Part shown: piece by piece, positions 33,601 to 49,376 of the stretch | Layout of the letters: every line of letters starts with the position of its first letter | Position numbering within the stretch: the stretch's first letter is position 1 | Source of the DNA: Daphnia carinata | Taxonomy: Eukaryota | DNA: 64,000 nucleotides | Assembly: GCF_022539665.2 (NCBI RefSeq) | Contig: NC_081333.1 | Location: 11,222,001-11,286,000 of the forward strand | Direction of reading: 5' to 3' | Position numbers and translations under genes: made by a program | Notes under the pieces: generated by a model | What the model was told of the DNA's origin: nothing | Databases searched by the model: none | The model's input: the letters and a program-made list of their open reading frames with translations, nothing else

Positions 33601-36600
33601 ACCCTCTTTCTTTTTTAAAGAGACGTTACTTTCCCTAACACACGTGTGTATGTGGCAAACGAATAGGATGGGTTGAATAATATACCTATAGGGAAGTAAA
33701 AAAAAAAAAAAGGGGGGGGGGGAGAACGGAGGGTGCGATATCGATGTCACCCCATACAGTTCCATCGCGTATATCCGCCTGGAACGCACAGCGGGAGACG
33801 GTCAGATGAAATTACCTCGACGACAACATTATATAGAGCCTATATGTAGATATATATACCCTCAATCCTTATAAGATAGACCGCAAAATAATGGGGGAGA
33901 GGGACAACAAAAATTGATAGGCCAACGATTGGGGAGTGATGCGCTCACGCGGATATGCACACCCAATGTTCCCGTCCGGACGTGGATTTTCCGTTGTTCC
34001 GACTACATATATTTACGCGATGCCTATATAAAATAAATATAATAAAAAAAAGCTGGTGAAAGAAAAAAAAAAGGAGGGGAAAAATAAACAAAAAACATTG
34101 AAATGGCGAACGATTTTCCCCAGCAATGGAGAAGGGTGCAATAACGAAAAGGGAAAGTGTGGGTTTACGTGTTTCTAGATTGAGTTAGGGATTATGTTGG
34201 AGCTTATACGCAGTTGAGATCGCTATATAAAACGTGTGCTTATTGGGGGTCCACTTTATTCTCGTATATATATAGAGTGTGTACATTTACATCCCGCTAT
34301 ACATAGCGAATGCTATGGTCCCCCTTTTTTTTTGTCTTGTGTGGACAAGATGCTTGTCCGTTGCAAGAATTTTTTTTCCCAATTGATAGTGCATCCATTA
34401 AACTGCATATATGGAGATGGGATAGTGTATAGTCTATAAAAGCATTTGATGTAAAGTATGGCGGTAATGCAGCGGACCACGTGAATGCCCGAAAAGCGAG
34501 GCAGTTCAGCTTTCAAGCGCTGAGAACAGAACGATTTCTAAAATATTTACATTAAAAGAAAAAAAAAAAGATGAATGTGTTTTGTAGTTATAGCGGGCGG
34601 AAACATGAAAGTAACACACGGAAAAGATGGCGTTCTTTACGCTAATCGTGTTTTGAATCATCATCATTAATAACACCGGAAGATGATGGTGCCAAAAAAA
34701 AAAAAATCAGAGAGACAAGAAAAAACAACATGAATGTCGGAATAAGCACGACGGGAATGTGATGAAGTGCTAGTCACGCCCAATCTTCACGCCAAAGCAT
34801 AGTGCCACTAATTTCTTTTTTTTTTTTTTTGTTAGTCAACGTTTTTTGTTTGTAACTTATCGCAAAAGTCAATAAAAGCTTACATGCATAAACAAAATGA
34901 AGCGCCATACACAGCGCAAACATTCACGCTGTTCATCAACAGACTTTGTTTTGCAAGAACGATAAAAACGGACGAAAACATCGAGGCTCAATACGCACAA
35001 CCATCATATAAGAACGGGCGTGACGTTAAATAGCCGTCACAAATAACACGAGGCTTGAAGTCAATTTAGAAACCTAATTGTGGCTCATCGAACAGGCGTT
35101 TTAATGCGATGTGAAAGGTGGGTGAAGGTGGTTTTGATCCCCCCCCCCCCAAAAAAAAAAACGCGAATTGCTATCAGCATTTAAAGGTGGTTGGATTTAT
35201 GTGGAGCATCAGGTCCGCGTTATGAAAAGGGGGAAAATAAAGCACTACGACAAAAACTTAATCGTCTCCGGTGACCCTTAAAATGTCTCCTGTAATCCAC
35301 GGGCGATTAATAAAACTGCCACGGTAAAGAAAAAAAAATGATACAATCGTTTTTTGTATATACAGACATTCTTTTTGTGTACATACATTGCTAGGCAGGT
35401 TTGTGTATCTATATAGCTTTGCTGTATACGGTTATTGTGGGGTGAACGTACTGATGCAGGTTATGTTCCCGAAGCCGTAAAATTCGATAAAAATTGCAAT
35501 CAACTTGGGGGGAAGTAAAAAAGGTCTTAGCAACTGAGCAAACAAACGATAGGATTGGTTGAGATACATCGTACGCAGGGATCTGTATTACTAAGTAAGA
35601 AAAAACGATGGAGAAAAAGGATGGACAGCTCTGACCTTAGCGAAAAAAAAAAAACATCTCGAATGTAATGGATGATTTTTTGAAAATGTTGCTGTAGACT
35701 CTTGATGGCAGATCAGAGAGAAACACCAAAACAAATAAGACTGTGACATATCGTTCGACGTACAGCAAACATCGCAAGGCCGTGAATATGTATGTATAGG
35801 GATCTCGTTTATCACGCATTGCTGGTCTAGCTTGACAGCAAACGATGATCTTTTTTGCTAAACTCCTTTCTTTTGCGCGATCATTTTCGGGTGTTGGTGG
35901 TGATAATATATTTCCAAACTAACGTTTTTTTTTCTGTTGGCAATGGTATCAAGTCGAATGATTGGATCTGTGCCAATCACAGCGCTTCGTCAGCGAATGC
36001 CGAATTCCATTGCAAACGTCTAATAAGAAACGCAGGCCACAGGAATGGACATTTATGTGTTACGTAATGGCTCTTCGGACATTTCCCTTTACGAGACGAG
36101 AGAGTAGTAACAATACCACCGCTGTAAAACACATACTGTGTAACGTATATACGTCATCAGCATATTTTCTTACATTTCTATTGTTGCAGGAAAAAGGAGG
36201 AAGCCTTTATTGGGTTGTTTGTCTACGTGTCTTCTGAGTACATAGGTTATTAATCGATTTCCAGAATTTATAGCTTTAATGAAATGTTACATTTTCCTTA
36301 GTTATTTGTGAGAGTAAAGCAGATTGATTTACGTCAATGTCAAACATGTGCATAACTAATGATAGGATCATCTTTTTTTTGGGTTCAGATGAGAGCATTT
36401 GAGAATTCTATCACGAACACTGAATAAGAGCAGTCCGCAGACTGCTGTCCTCCATGCAAAGCGCATTTATGAATGTGTAATAACTGCTCACTAACAAGTC
36501 AGTTGACACTTGTCACCATCGGCGGATACACGTTCGTCGTGACTTGTTACACGATCCGTACGGGATTAAATACGAGACAGCCTCATTAGCATCATTTCAT

Positions 36601-39600
36601 AGCTCAATAGAAAAACGGTATGGCTATACGTTTGATAGACATGTTCTTTGACCCAAATCCATAGACGATCGCATTATAAATAAATCAAGTCTTACACTTC
36701 ACGATGGCAGTCAGAAGAATATGTAAACGAGCGGTACGCATCTAAACACAGAGTGGTATACGTTGCACGCCATCAAAGTATATGTTATAGGCACCACACG
36801 ATCGAATGCGCCATAAGGGGTGGGAACCGCATCTACTGAAAGAGTGATAACACACCACAGGGCACACATGATACAAGGAGCAGGAATGTCGTGACACGTA
36901 CTGTGAAAACAGGTCACGCATTGATCCTCGATCCCTTTACTTTGTTTCGTTGATAAAATTGCAAATCCCCCGTGCTGTGTATACGTGGATGCACACAACA
37001 TGTTTCTCTTTTGTTGTGTTGCAAAAAAAAAAAAAAAGAGAAAAAAGGAAAATGGGTACATAGCACACACGTTGATCTATAAATCTAGTAATATTTCTGC
37101 TCGTATTCTCTTCAGGAGCGTATCAATTAATTCACCTGGAATGAAATGTGTACAGCGTAATCTGGCAGTAATCAGCTTTGCTGCGCCATGAGATTGACGT
37201 CAGTCAGCACACGGGCTGCTAGAATAAAATATAGAGGGTTGCATGATTATTAAAAAGGGACAGATTTAAAGGGTATTATCTGTACCTAAAAATTTATATA
37301 CGAAAAAGAAAAACGCATGATGACGTGCATCGGGAATGACAACAGCCTTCGATGTTGCCTGAAAAATTCGTCAATATTCTATAGGATAAAAGTCTCATAC
37401 AGCCTATTTTCTATTAATGTGTAGACCTCTCTTTTTTCGCAACCACAATTGACGTCTTTACGTTGTTGTTGAACCAGATATAATGCCGAGCATTCGTGAT
37501 TAGTTTGTTTGCCTTGGACTACACGAATGAGAAAAACATGTTTCCCTCCTATAAACGTAAACTCTGATGCGCATATAAAATGGCCGGTTTTTGTATTTAT
37601 AGAAAGAAATGTTTAAATAAAATAAAGGGATTGGACGTATAAAGTAAGTTTTTTAAAAGCTGCCAAAAGTGCCAAATCGGTTGGAATATGCGATTTCCTA
37701 CAACCATGATGTCTTGCCTTGATGTTTTGCAAGTTCTAGTGTTGTCTCCAATCGCCTCAAAGAAAATTGGCTATACATTTAAATAGGGCAGCTGAATAGT
37801 TTCTGTTTGATCATCTGGTTATAGCAAGAATGCCTGTAAAAATGAAACAAGATTGTCATGGTTCCAGTCGCATTTGTTTGAAGTCAAAAGACAAAGTTGC
37901 GTTAACTTAACGTTTCGTTTTTCGCGACACGAAAAATGACGTTATAGCGTGATTGTGTAGTTCCTATGAATCTCTGCAATTACATCACATGTCCCAGCAA
38001 CAGCAGGAAGGTACTGATGATCGATACGGACACAAAGCATCATTTATATACGACGTCTTCTTCTTCCGGCTTATTAGACGCGTTTATAGCTACGGTGTAC
38101 CTACTACAATTTATCATTGAGAGCTATGATGATAAAAATTATGGGCCAATGTTTGCGGCCATTTCTAATTCTTCTATAGCTCAAAATGAAAGAGAGTATT
38201 ATTTTTTAAAAAATATATATCGCTTCTGTTTGTAAACATATTTATTTTTTTTTATTTGAATAGAAAGTAAAAGAAATCAGGTTTGAGGCAGATTGAAGAT
38301 GGCGGCGGTCGTGATTAGATTCGAGGCTTTAGTATATCTGGCATGCCTCCATGAGCTGCACACATATATTTCAGTCATCCTTATTGCGGTGTATAGCTAA
38401 GCCTTTCTCTCTATACTTTATTTTGATGTTTTCTCCGTTTTCCTATTTAATGGCAAATGAACCAAAGCAATACCGATAGAAAAAAAATATCTATATAACT
38501 GATCAAAGCAAAAGTAAACATCTCCTATAAGCACAAGGTTCGCGGAAAATCTATTTTTCTATCAGCTCTATTCAAAGTAGAAAAAAAAGACGTTTCTGTT
38601 TTTTTTTATCTATTACACAGCCAACTTCTATCGTGATCGTGTCTGCTTGTATAGAGATGTCCCCTTTTTTTAAAAAATTTGAATTTGCGGTCGTTGCGGA
38701 TCAAAGAAAAAGCAAAAACTTTCATGCGCTTCGTTTTTTGTTTTGTAATCGAGTAGAGTCGTCTTCGTTGGCACACACAAAAAGAAAGTATAGCGACAGC
38801 CGAGTGAAATATGGTACGGCATTGCGTCACTGGATAAATATTTACACACACTATATAGGCCTTGATATATCCATTATTCCAGAACTCTCTGCAAGTCGGA
38901 TTGCATGCGTCTTACTGCGGGATTTGTCGCCCGGCTATTACATCTTCATAGATCTACGTACATTACGTATATAAATACAGTACTACATAAAATCTGCATG
39001 TTAGCTTTCTTTGTCTTCCAAACTTTAGTACTTTTTAACGACGCCTACGTTAAATGGTAAAATTTCATTTAAAACTATTTAAATGTGCTTTCAGTACAAC
39101 CGGAGTGAGGCAATGAAAATAGGGCGTATATAGTCTTGCGATGTATGGGCTACTTGTGTTCATTCGAGGAAATGTTGAAGATATGCAGAATTTTCCACAA
39201 CATCGCTCTTAATCACTCACAGAAATAGTAAACATTTTCATTGTGAAGCAAACGCATCTTGCAAGCTTAATAAACATAAGACTTTAGCAGACACACAAGC
39301 CTGTCAATTCAACTAGCTTCTCTGGAAACCATCAGGCTGTGTTAAGAGTTAATTGACTTGTTTTTGTGTGTTTCCCTGCAACGTGAAACATAATGATTTA
39401 TAAGAAACATATACATGCAGAGACAGCCCAAGTATATATATGGTTGCGACAAACCATAAAACTTTTTAACGATTTTCATATGACTCCAGAGAAATGAAAT
39501 GAGGCGTTTGGGAATTGATCAAAAGCTTTAATACACTTTTATTTAGTTCGAAAAAATAAAAGAAGTGAAAAAGAATAATAAAATAAAAAGGATATCCTAT

Positions 39601-42600
39601 TTCTTTTCTCAAGATTGATGACCTTAACCTAATATTTTCTTTAAAGGGCGTGTGGATATAGAAAAAAAAAGAATGACACATCACCGAGTTCCTGGTGCAT
39701 CCTTTACAATGCATTGACGGACAAGAAAAAAAAATCCATGAAATGTAGTATGTAAGACGGACGTGAATGAAAAGCACAAAAAAATAGTAATAAATTCAGC
39801 AAGTCGGTAGTGTCGGTCACGTTCTGCCAAAAGGCATAGCTAAGGGTTCTTCTTTGATATCTTTTTTTGTGATTTGCAAAAGAAAGCGCCGAGGTGGTCA
39901 GCACGAAATTCAATCAACACGTCATGATTTTCTAAAGAGATTGCGCATTCAGTTGTACGCATCGATGTCTGGTGTCGGTACTGGACGGAAAACGATATCT
40001 TATTCCGGCTGTTGTAACGCGCAGTACATGCAAAGGATATCACTCTCAGTCGTGGACAAGACCCAATCATATAGAATTCAGGTGATCATCTTTCGATTGT
40101 TGTGATTCATCGATTGTCTGGGCAGAGCGCTTCAATCCTGCGCATATAGAAGAACAAAACGTGATATTGTCGAACTCAGTCCTTCAATTCACTACTATTA
40201 TGTTCATGGAACACGATAGCCTTTGCTATCGATTATTCTTGTAACAACAGCCAAAGTAGCAAGGACATGTGCGCATAAACAAGATGTCACCTGATTTTCG
40301 CAAAAATCGTTCCACGGGATTGTTGGATTCAAATTCTCGAATACAGAAATCTACTTAAACATGTTGATACAACAACAATAACAAAAAAAAAAAAATAAAG
40401 AAAAATAAAGAATTGGCATGGTGATGTTTGCTGATGTTGTGGGTTGCCAAAGGAGACCTTAGCGCGTTTGGTAAATACTTTTCGTGCAAGCCAATTGATT
40501 CAAAACACGAAGGGTCACCATTTCCCCCCCCCCCCTCTTTTTATTCCTGCTGTTTTCAAAATTTTTCAACCCGAATATATAGAAATCTGAACCGGAAACA
40601 ATGTGTCGTGGGATTTCAATGAACATCCGATATCATATCGAAACTCTTTCGCACGAAAATTGAGCGATAGCAACGTTGCTGACGTGTTCATATTAAGTGT
40701 ATATAAACCATTCCCGACAGTCGGAGGGGCTGTTTAGCTTTTCAATTGTTACGTGCAGTGAATATAGGCGGCTGGAACATATGGCAGAAAAAAAAGAGCT
40801 TCGAACGGCCTAAGGATTTTGATCATCCAATTTTTTTTTTTGTGTGCGTAACACTTTAGAGCAAAATGATTATCTGTAACAACTGTTTCAGCTGTTGCAG
40901 CTTCTTTTTAATCAGCGAGAGTCAAAGACAAAAAGTCGTATAAGAATAGAAAAAAAAAATCAAAACTTGCCAACAGTGACGTCAGAAGCCATCGCCGGCT
41001 TTGCATTTTTTTTTTCTTTCTCTCTTGCTTGCGTTTTCGGATTTTAGAGACAATAAAGACGGAAGACGCAATCAAGCGACGATTTGTCAGAATTTCTTTT
41101 TATGCGAGAGACACCGACGGTCTATATAGGCGCACCCAGTCGTGAAATTTTCCATGTCAATATACGATCTGCAAAAGAAGATTCGTTCTTTTGTCGACCA
41201 TCGCCTGTCTCATTCATTTGTAATTGATTTTTAGCTTTCTTCCTTTTTTTTCCCCTTTCACGACTTATTTTTCTGCAATAAATAAAGAACAAGCTCTCAT
41301 CATCGATCGGTCGTGGCTTTTCTCTTTCCCGAAAAATAACTCAATGACGCTTTTACTCAACTAGGGAAAGAAAAACACAAGAAACCTCTTGTCCGTTCTC
41401 CTTTGGTTTCATTACTAATGTATATATATACAGCATATATGTGTGTAAATGGGTTAAGCTCTTATTCGAGTAACCTAAACAGCTGAATTTAATTGCTGAA
41501 ATTTTGACGGCAAAACGTTTGGGACAATAAAAAGCGTTAGTGTGTCAACGTGAGATAAACAATAAGTATACAGAACAATGAGATATAAACAATGACGAAA
41601 AGTTTTTTTTGAATTATGGACTAGGTCTACGTTAAAAAGGGCCACGCCTCGTGACTGACATGAAAGCCAATTGATTTAATGTCTGTAAACGTATTGGTTA
41701 TTGTTCTCCATCCTTCTGCTCTTCTTAGATACACAAGTCATTTAATGGGCGAATGGAGTAAGAACATCAGACGTCTAACTGAAGAAGGAAAAAAAAACAG
41801 ACTTGCTGGCCGTCATCACGGTGTGATTACCAATTTTCCCATCCGGTCAATCCGCTCCCTTCATCAGTGGAAAGTATACCCAATTGTCTAAAAAGATAGA
41901 CGGTCTGACGTCATGAAGATCTTGAGTTTATCGAACGCACGGATTCTTCTCAACTTAGTTACATCTGAACCGAGAACAAAACGCAAGAAACACACGTACG
42001 TATGTACTTAGCCGAGTAGGATAGAAGACCGGATTTCTTTTTTTTTTGTACAACAATCCGAGTAGGAATATAAAAGATCTACAAAAGTAGCACTATACAT
42101 GTATGAAGATCGTGACTTTGTTTGAATATTAGATACAATTCAATAGAAGTCTAACCTACATAGACCTTGTCTCCCAGTTCAATCCGGTGATGTGCAACGT
42201 AATCACATTGGCTTAGAGATGTTAACTTGTACATCACATTCTCGAACTTCCGTTCAATAATATTTTTTTTTTTTTTCGTGAGTTTTAACTGTATTACGAA
42301 CCATAATTGCTGTCGTTTTTTTAATCAGGAAAAGATCGGACGGGAAATACGTTTTTAGTCGATAAACTCAGTTCATCCGAGTCGTTATATCAACCGTACA
42401 TTTTACTTGACGTGTGTTTATAAAGTACATTAATCCTACTACAGTGTGTACGTGATTATGTACGGTGGTAGAACAAATGAAACAGTAAGAAAACAAATAG
42501 AAAAAAATCGTCATCTGACGGACATATACTTTCTCCCTATTCTTTTTTTTTAGAGATGTGTGTAGTCAGATGGACGATATCGGGGATAAGGGCATCCTAT

Positions 42601-43423
42601 TTTCTTCCTTTTTTCGGACGGAACCCAACTTCCAACTTCCGTGTCATCACGAAGCGTCCTCCGAAAAGGACAATGGTACAAAAATACAAGAAAGAAAAAC
42701 AAATAGATATACCACAATACTAGAGATTGCACCATTTTTTTCTTTTTATGATAAAAATAAAAAGAGATCAGATGACCAAAGGGAACCAGAAAAACAAAAA
42801 TGTTAAAAAGCCTCCAAGGGGAAATGCCGACTTGTCCCGCGGAATCGGTACATGGTTGGACAACCGGCCAAATAAATCCATAGAGAGAGATAGAGACATG
42901 TATCAACAACAAAGTCATAGGGTTTAACGAGATCGTTACAAGCACTCATCCGTTGATGTGTTTCCTTCTTTTTTTCTTCTTTCGTCAGTATGTCGTCAAA
43001 AGACGGAACCCCGAAAATAACGTCATTGACCCGATTTCGACCTTGGACGATTCGTCAACGTCTAATAGATAAAGATTCTTTTTGAAAATTGGGACCCGAC
43101 ATGAAATAGTCGTCTGCTAAGGGAAAACATTCAGTTGCACGTCGACGCAGAGTTGAATCAATTGTTTATCCAACTGGCGAAGTCTTGTACACGTCGAAAT
43201 CAAGTGAAGGATTCTCATTAGAAGAGAAAGAATCCTTTGGAAAACGTTGCTTCAGAAATTATTACGTCTTTTGGGGTAAGTCTGAAAAAGAAAAATGTAA
43301 ATTATGTTCGTGTGTGTGTGTATGTGTGTGGTATGAAAGGGCAAGGCTACGATAGTTGAGGGATTTGATTGGGCTTCTACGGGTGTTATGTCAAACCGTT
43401 GATGAAGTGTCGCATTTCCATAT

Positions 43424-43444
43424 CCCCCCCCCCCCCCCCCCCCC
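43424..43444. repeat. C21 homopolymer
   Basis: Read directly from the sequence. Confidence 0.9.
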
Positions 43445-46400
43445 GTCGTATTTCTTCAAATTAACAAAGAAACCTGCTAAAGGATTTTCTTCTATTCGAG
43501 ATTATTCCTTTGAACTTACTTCGTATTTCAACCCTTTCTTAAATATTTGTTCCACTTGGCTTATAGAATCCCCATCGATTCGCTTAGGAAAAACACGTTT
43601 AGATTCAAGGAAGGCTGTCACGAAAACTGTTTTCTTTTTTTTTATGGAACGATTTTGCATTTGGAAACTCTGTTTGAAAGCTCTTGCAGCAAGAGTCAAC
43701 CTTCTATGGAACAAGGGCGTGGTTTCAGCACGTCCCAAGACTCTCGCTTGCCAAGTTGAATGGCTAGTCAAAGTTCATGAGCACAATGTTATAATATCCG
43801 AAACTTTGATTTCTATCCGTGGGTAATCAGTGCTACTGTCTGACGCTACTTCGTGAATCCAATGGGGCCCGTCGAAAATAAAAATGAACGTCGTGCACAC
43901 GTTTCAAATAGCCGATGTAGACAAAAAAGGGCAAAGCTTAAATTAAAAAAAAAAAAAACATATCTTCATCGTGCATTAGATTGGATATGGGAGGGGTGTT
44001 CGTTAATTAGGGATAGCATATTAGGGCAAGTTGTGTCTTTTGATCGGGATTTGGGTATGGACGCAAGTTTTCGTGAGTCTCCCAGTTGCATTGATCGAAA
44101 ATGGGTTCTTGTATATGAGTTTCCGGCCATCTTTGCTAAACAAATCGGGCCGCCAACTACGTTCAAGGCAAAGTCGATGTGTGTCTGGAACAACTTAACA
44201 GTCTAAGATGCGCGTTGACGCTTTATAGAGCAAAGTTACAGGTCGCCTTTCACATAATTTGATGGCACGTGAAGATGGCCGCGTAGATCGTTGGGCATAA
44301 AAACTTTTTTTTTTTTTACTTATTATTTAATACGTACACGTCTGACTTTCCAGTCATCGTTAGAAATCGTACCCAACTTTTGGTGCATGTCATTTTCGTT
44401 AAAAAACAAAAAACGGTTCGTCCCAAAGTCGTTGCCTACCCCGTGAATGTTCGCGTTGTGTAGGAGGTCAGTTAAATGGAGAAGAACATAAGTTTTGCAA
44501 GAGAACGTGAGTCGAATAAATGCTAATCATTCTTGGCTGTTTTTGGCGTGAAAGACATTGTGCAAATACGCCGTAACGTGTTTTGCATGGTATCCGCGCT
44601 TTCCGTGCGCGTTTTGTTTCGCGCAAATTTCTGAATATTTTTGCCAGCACGTAACAAGATAAAGGGATTGGTGTGTAGAGAGGAAAAACAAAAACTACGT
44701 GGCGTGAATTTTGCGTGTAACGAGTATTTTCGTAATCTTCTTTATTTGTTGTACTCCCACGTTGGAAATATGAAAAACAACTCGGACTTCATCGCGCCTA
44801 ATTCTTTCTTTAAGTCCTGCGGATCTTCTCAACGAAATGGCATGTGTTGCCTTAGTTTAAGCAGACAGTTCATTCACCTATCATTTACAAAGAAAAATGT
44901 AAATCTTCTTCCGTTTTTGTGTGTGTGGTCATGACACGTGATATGCTCACATCCGTTCTACGAGTACCGCCTTACTCTTACCGTGCGCCTTTGCGCGTAT
45001 GTGCAAGAAACATCGATCCGGCCGAAAGATGTTCATCGCGACCCTTTTGCATATGAAATTCTTTTCCAAAAAAATCTTTTAAAATCCATTTTCTAACGTG
45101 TAAATATTAGTCCATGTATGCTTCTGTCAGAAATACGAATTTCATCCCTTAAAATCGATTCAGGTTGACTTGTTTTTCCTATTTTCATTTTTATCCGTTG
45201 TACAAGACCGCCGTGAGTTCAATCAACTGCAACTCTTTATGATGATGTACATCTCTTTTTTTTTCTTTCTCTCTCTCGCACTCTTTAGCTTCGTCTGATG
45301 TTTGTGCATCGAAATAGAAGGGCAGTCGCTGTTGAAGTAGCTTGAACTTTCACTTGAAGTAGCAGCGTTCCTCTCTTTTAATATAATCCCTTCATCGGGA
45401 CGTATATGCTATGTAGCGCACGAACGAAATTCCCCGCTAGTCTTTCCAGTAGTGCTTTAACATTTTTTTTTTTCTTTTTTGCTTCACTTTTTTTTTATCT
45501 AGTACGACTAGCATTTTTTCGATCATTGAAAAGGATTATTTTTTTTTTCTCTCTCTCCGGATCTATTTCCCCTCCTTTGACGTTTTGGTGGATAGTCACG
45601 ACCTGCATGAGAGATGAGTAAGGAATTTATCTTCAGAGTAAAAAGAAAAAAAAAAAAAATCTTTGCTTCTTCGTGAAAAACACTTAAGAAATCTCTGTTC
45701 ACCGACCTCTCGTGTCTTTTTTTTTTTCATTTCCCCTCTCGTTGAAGACTTGAGATTGAAGGACTTGCTGGAACTCTTGTGTTGACTCTCGCTTCTAGCC
45801 TCGCTACCATGAGCAGCTGTATACTTTTAAATGTCGTTGCTGTCCAGCTTGTCCAGCAGGTCGACATTGATTATGCGATCGAATTTATTTTATTCGTACG
45901 TACGACGCCTGGCAGTTGTCATTGATTTCCGTGCGCCATCCGCGTTCCGATTGATTACACACGTCCTCCACAGCACATACCCCATTTAGACATGCTGATC
46001 TCTGGGCCCCCTCTTTTCCTTTTAAACGTCCGCTTTTTATTATAATTTGCAAGGGGGGCTAGGGTTAGCCTTGAGATTGGATTGAAAGTGGAAAGTTGGT
46101 AGGGTAGGTCGCAGCAGGATCTACGATGTAGGTGTAGGTCACCATCTGCGCGGTAAGTTTCCGGGTTTTCAAAGCAGAGACCTTATTCGCAGATGGGAGG
46201 GGGGGAGTATGATCATCATCGGGAGAGTCGTCACGCTCTCGTGGTAAGCACGGAAGGTATTACCAAGAGGGTCAGGAAGGAAAAGGGTTTATTCCTGCTG
46301 GTAATCGATCTAGAATGTGATCCCTTTTTTTTTAAATATATATTTTCCTTGTTAATCTGTTTCGTTGGAGGAAAAAGAAAAGGGGGAACCACTTCTTGAT

Positions 46401-49376
46401 ATACTTTTTTAATACATCTGTTCCAGCTGACCGGAGGGAACGTGAATCAGATATACACACTCGCCTCTTTTTCTCTCGCCTTTGTACAAACGAGTTGCTT
46501 AACTATACAATTTGGCACGTCACTTGAATGTAATCAGCTCGATTTTTAACAGATCTTTTTATTCCGTTATTTCTTTTGAAAAATTCTGCACAGAAAAAAG
46601 GGAGAACATTTAGGTCTTCCTATAATCACCACATGTTGTTGTTGATTCTTTTTTTTTTGGAAGGGGGGAATCGGAAATTTGGAACACACGTAGACCGGCT
46701 CCATAGTGTGTAGGTCTTCTTTGGTGTAGGAAATGGGAAAGAAAAAAGAAGGTCGCATCCGATCGATTCGTATTTCCCAAGTCATCTCTTTTCCCCTGCC
46801 ATTTTTTTTTTGTTTGTTTGGTTCTTTACCACCATACACCGATCAATGGTGTCAGCAAGGGAAGCCGCTTGTCGTGAAAAAGAATGAAATAACGTCAAAA
46901 ACTCTTGTAGGGGCTCTCGATCCTCTTTGGAAATACGTGCGTCCGCATACACGATCCCGTTTGATATAGGCACGTAACGTACCAATAACATCCAAAGGCA
47001 AAAAGTTTGTCACGTGCGCACAAATGTCGATCGGTCACTTGTTTCTCCGCCGAAACGCATTTGCAAGTAAAGAAAAAAAAAAAAAGAGAGGAACTCTATT
47101 TTGGCTTTTTATATTGGCAATCGACATTTTGAAATTTCTGAAAAATTTCCTTTTTATGAAAGCGTCCGTGATCATTTCCGACTAGGATCGTTTGTTTCGT
47201 ATCGAAATAGGGAGGACGGTAATGCGACTGAATTGCAACCCTTTCTCCAGTTCATTTTTTTCTATCGAACGCGGCACATTTTTTTTTCTTATTTACTTTA
47301 AAAAATTGCGAATGTTTCAGGACCATCTGCAGTGAACGTGACACATCAAATTTGCGACCGTAATTTCATTTTTTTTTTCTTCCCTCCTTTTATGCGTAGA
47401 GGCCTTTTGATCGTCAATTGAATTCGTTCTATGCGATTATTCATTTCAGTCGCTACACTAGTCGGCATGAGTTGGTCAGCTCTTTAACGTGTACGGTAAC
47501 AACGTATAGGTGTCTGAATATGTTGATGTGTGTATAGCGAAATCAATACGGAATAGGCAGCTGACTGTCGCCCTAGATGCGAGGATCGTTGTACATACGT
47601 GTGTCGCGTGATAACGCAACATCTCTCTGAATATACAAAAGAGACGATGAGCCAAAGCCTCGCTAGAATTGCAATCTATCCACCCACATTGATATTGCCT
47701 CCCATTTTCAATCTATTGAAGATGATTGTAATAAAATATTTCTTCCCCCTTTTAAAGATGATTATTGTTATGAAAAAAAGAAAATAGGGTGTTTTTATGT
47801 GTAAACGTATTGATAATACCAACACCACAAAAACTGCTGTGTATACGCACGGCTGACGACGGGGCTTATTATTGTTATGAGACCTCGAGAATAGGAATAA
47901 AAACTTGTGTGTGTGTGTTAATATATTCCGTTGGTGAGAAGGCCGTATATATAGCTGGTTAAGAGGCGCGCGCGTGTAGAAGCCGATTTCAAATGCGGAA
48001 TGTATAAATTTTAACGGCAGCATAGAAAAGTCTAAAGTCTTTTTTAAAATAAAAAAAAAAAAAAAAAAGATAATTCAATGCGCCAAAATTGCGCAGCCAC
48101 ACACTGCTTGCTTATGTAGGCCGGGATGTTCCGGCGCGCTGGCGTAACAATCCGCTTGCAAAGCGTGGCCGAATTATTCCGATCACGAGGTTTTCCCAAA
48201 GCAATCGATGCCTAGTTTTTTTTTAAAGAAAGAATCACACAGAGAAAAGATTTTCGTTTTAGCTTCGTGAGAGAGCAAAAATAATAAAAAATAATAATAA
48301 TAAAAAAAGAAAGAAATCGAACCTTTATTAGTGTGGCTTATACCGCGCAGCCATTTCTTTTTTTATTGGTGGGTGTGGTTGATGGAGGCTTATATAGAAA
48401 AATGTTATCGGAAGGATTGCAAATGCCGTGCATGACATTCAGACAAGATATATACCTTTAACAAAGGCGAATAGCATTTGCGAACTTTACTGCGTGTCGG
48501 CAAAAATCAGACATGAAGCCGCAAACGTTTTCTTTTGATGAATTCTTTTTTTTTTTTTTTTACTTCTTTCCCTTTTCAGGGGGGTGGGCGATTGTACCAT
48601 TCTTTTCTCTTTGTATACGAGGCACTTGTCGGAAACACGCCAAAGGGGATGCAGATAAAAAAAAAAAAAAAAAGAAGTCGTTCAACTCGTCAGTTAGGAT
48701 TGGACAACACGAGCAAAAAAAAGAACGTTTCAAAGGGGGGCATCTATTCACAAAAGAGAGGAAAATCAAGACCTGACTTACTACATAATAGAATCATTTT
48801 TATAGGTCGAAATGAAACACGTACAAATGCATGCAGGATCGACAAAAAAAAAAAATAAACTTCCATCATAACCTTCTCGCGTAATGGGTTCTTATTTTTG
48901 TTCAGACTTCTGTGAGGTAAAATAACAAGCTTTTGCTATAGCAATCATTTCCATGGTTGGGATTGAGTCGGCTTAATGAATATTGATGGAATCAATGAAT
49001 TGGGTGTTTCCTTCTTTTGGCTTCCGTTCGTGAAAAGTGGGCGGAATGTATGCAGGCGGTAGGAAGCGCCAAGAATAACAGACCTTGTACCATTTTCCTC
49101 ATTTTTTTTTTGGTTTACATTTTTAATGAATGGTAGTTGTGTAACACTCTCACAAATTAATTGCAACATAAGGTACATTAAACAGTTGGGATTTTTTTTT
49201 AAAGAAAAGACACTTTACTCTTCTTAATTGTGATTGATATATACACGTTAGCAGTTAACGTAGTAGCAACTCGAAACCGGTTCTAATCAGCACTTTGCGT
49301 GGACGTGTAGACGTGCGATTCACATAAGCAATTTGATGATGTAATCGGGTTCTTTTTCACATGTGTGCCCAATTTC

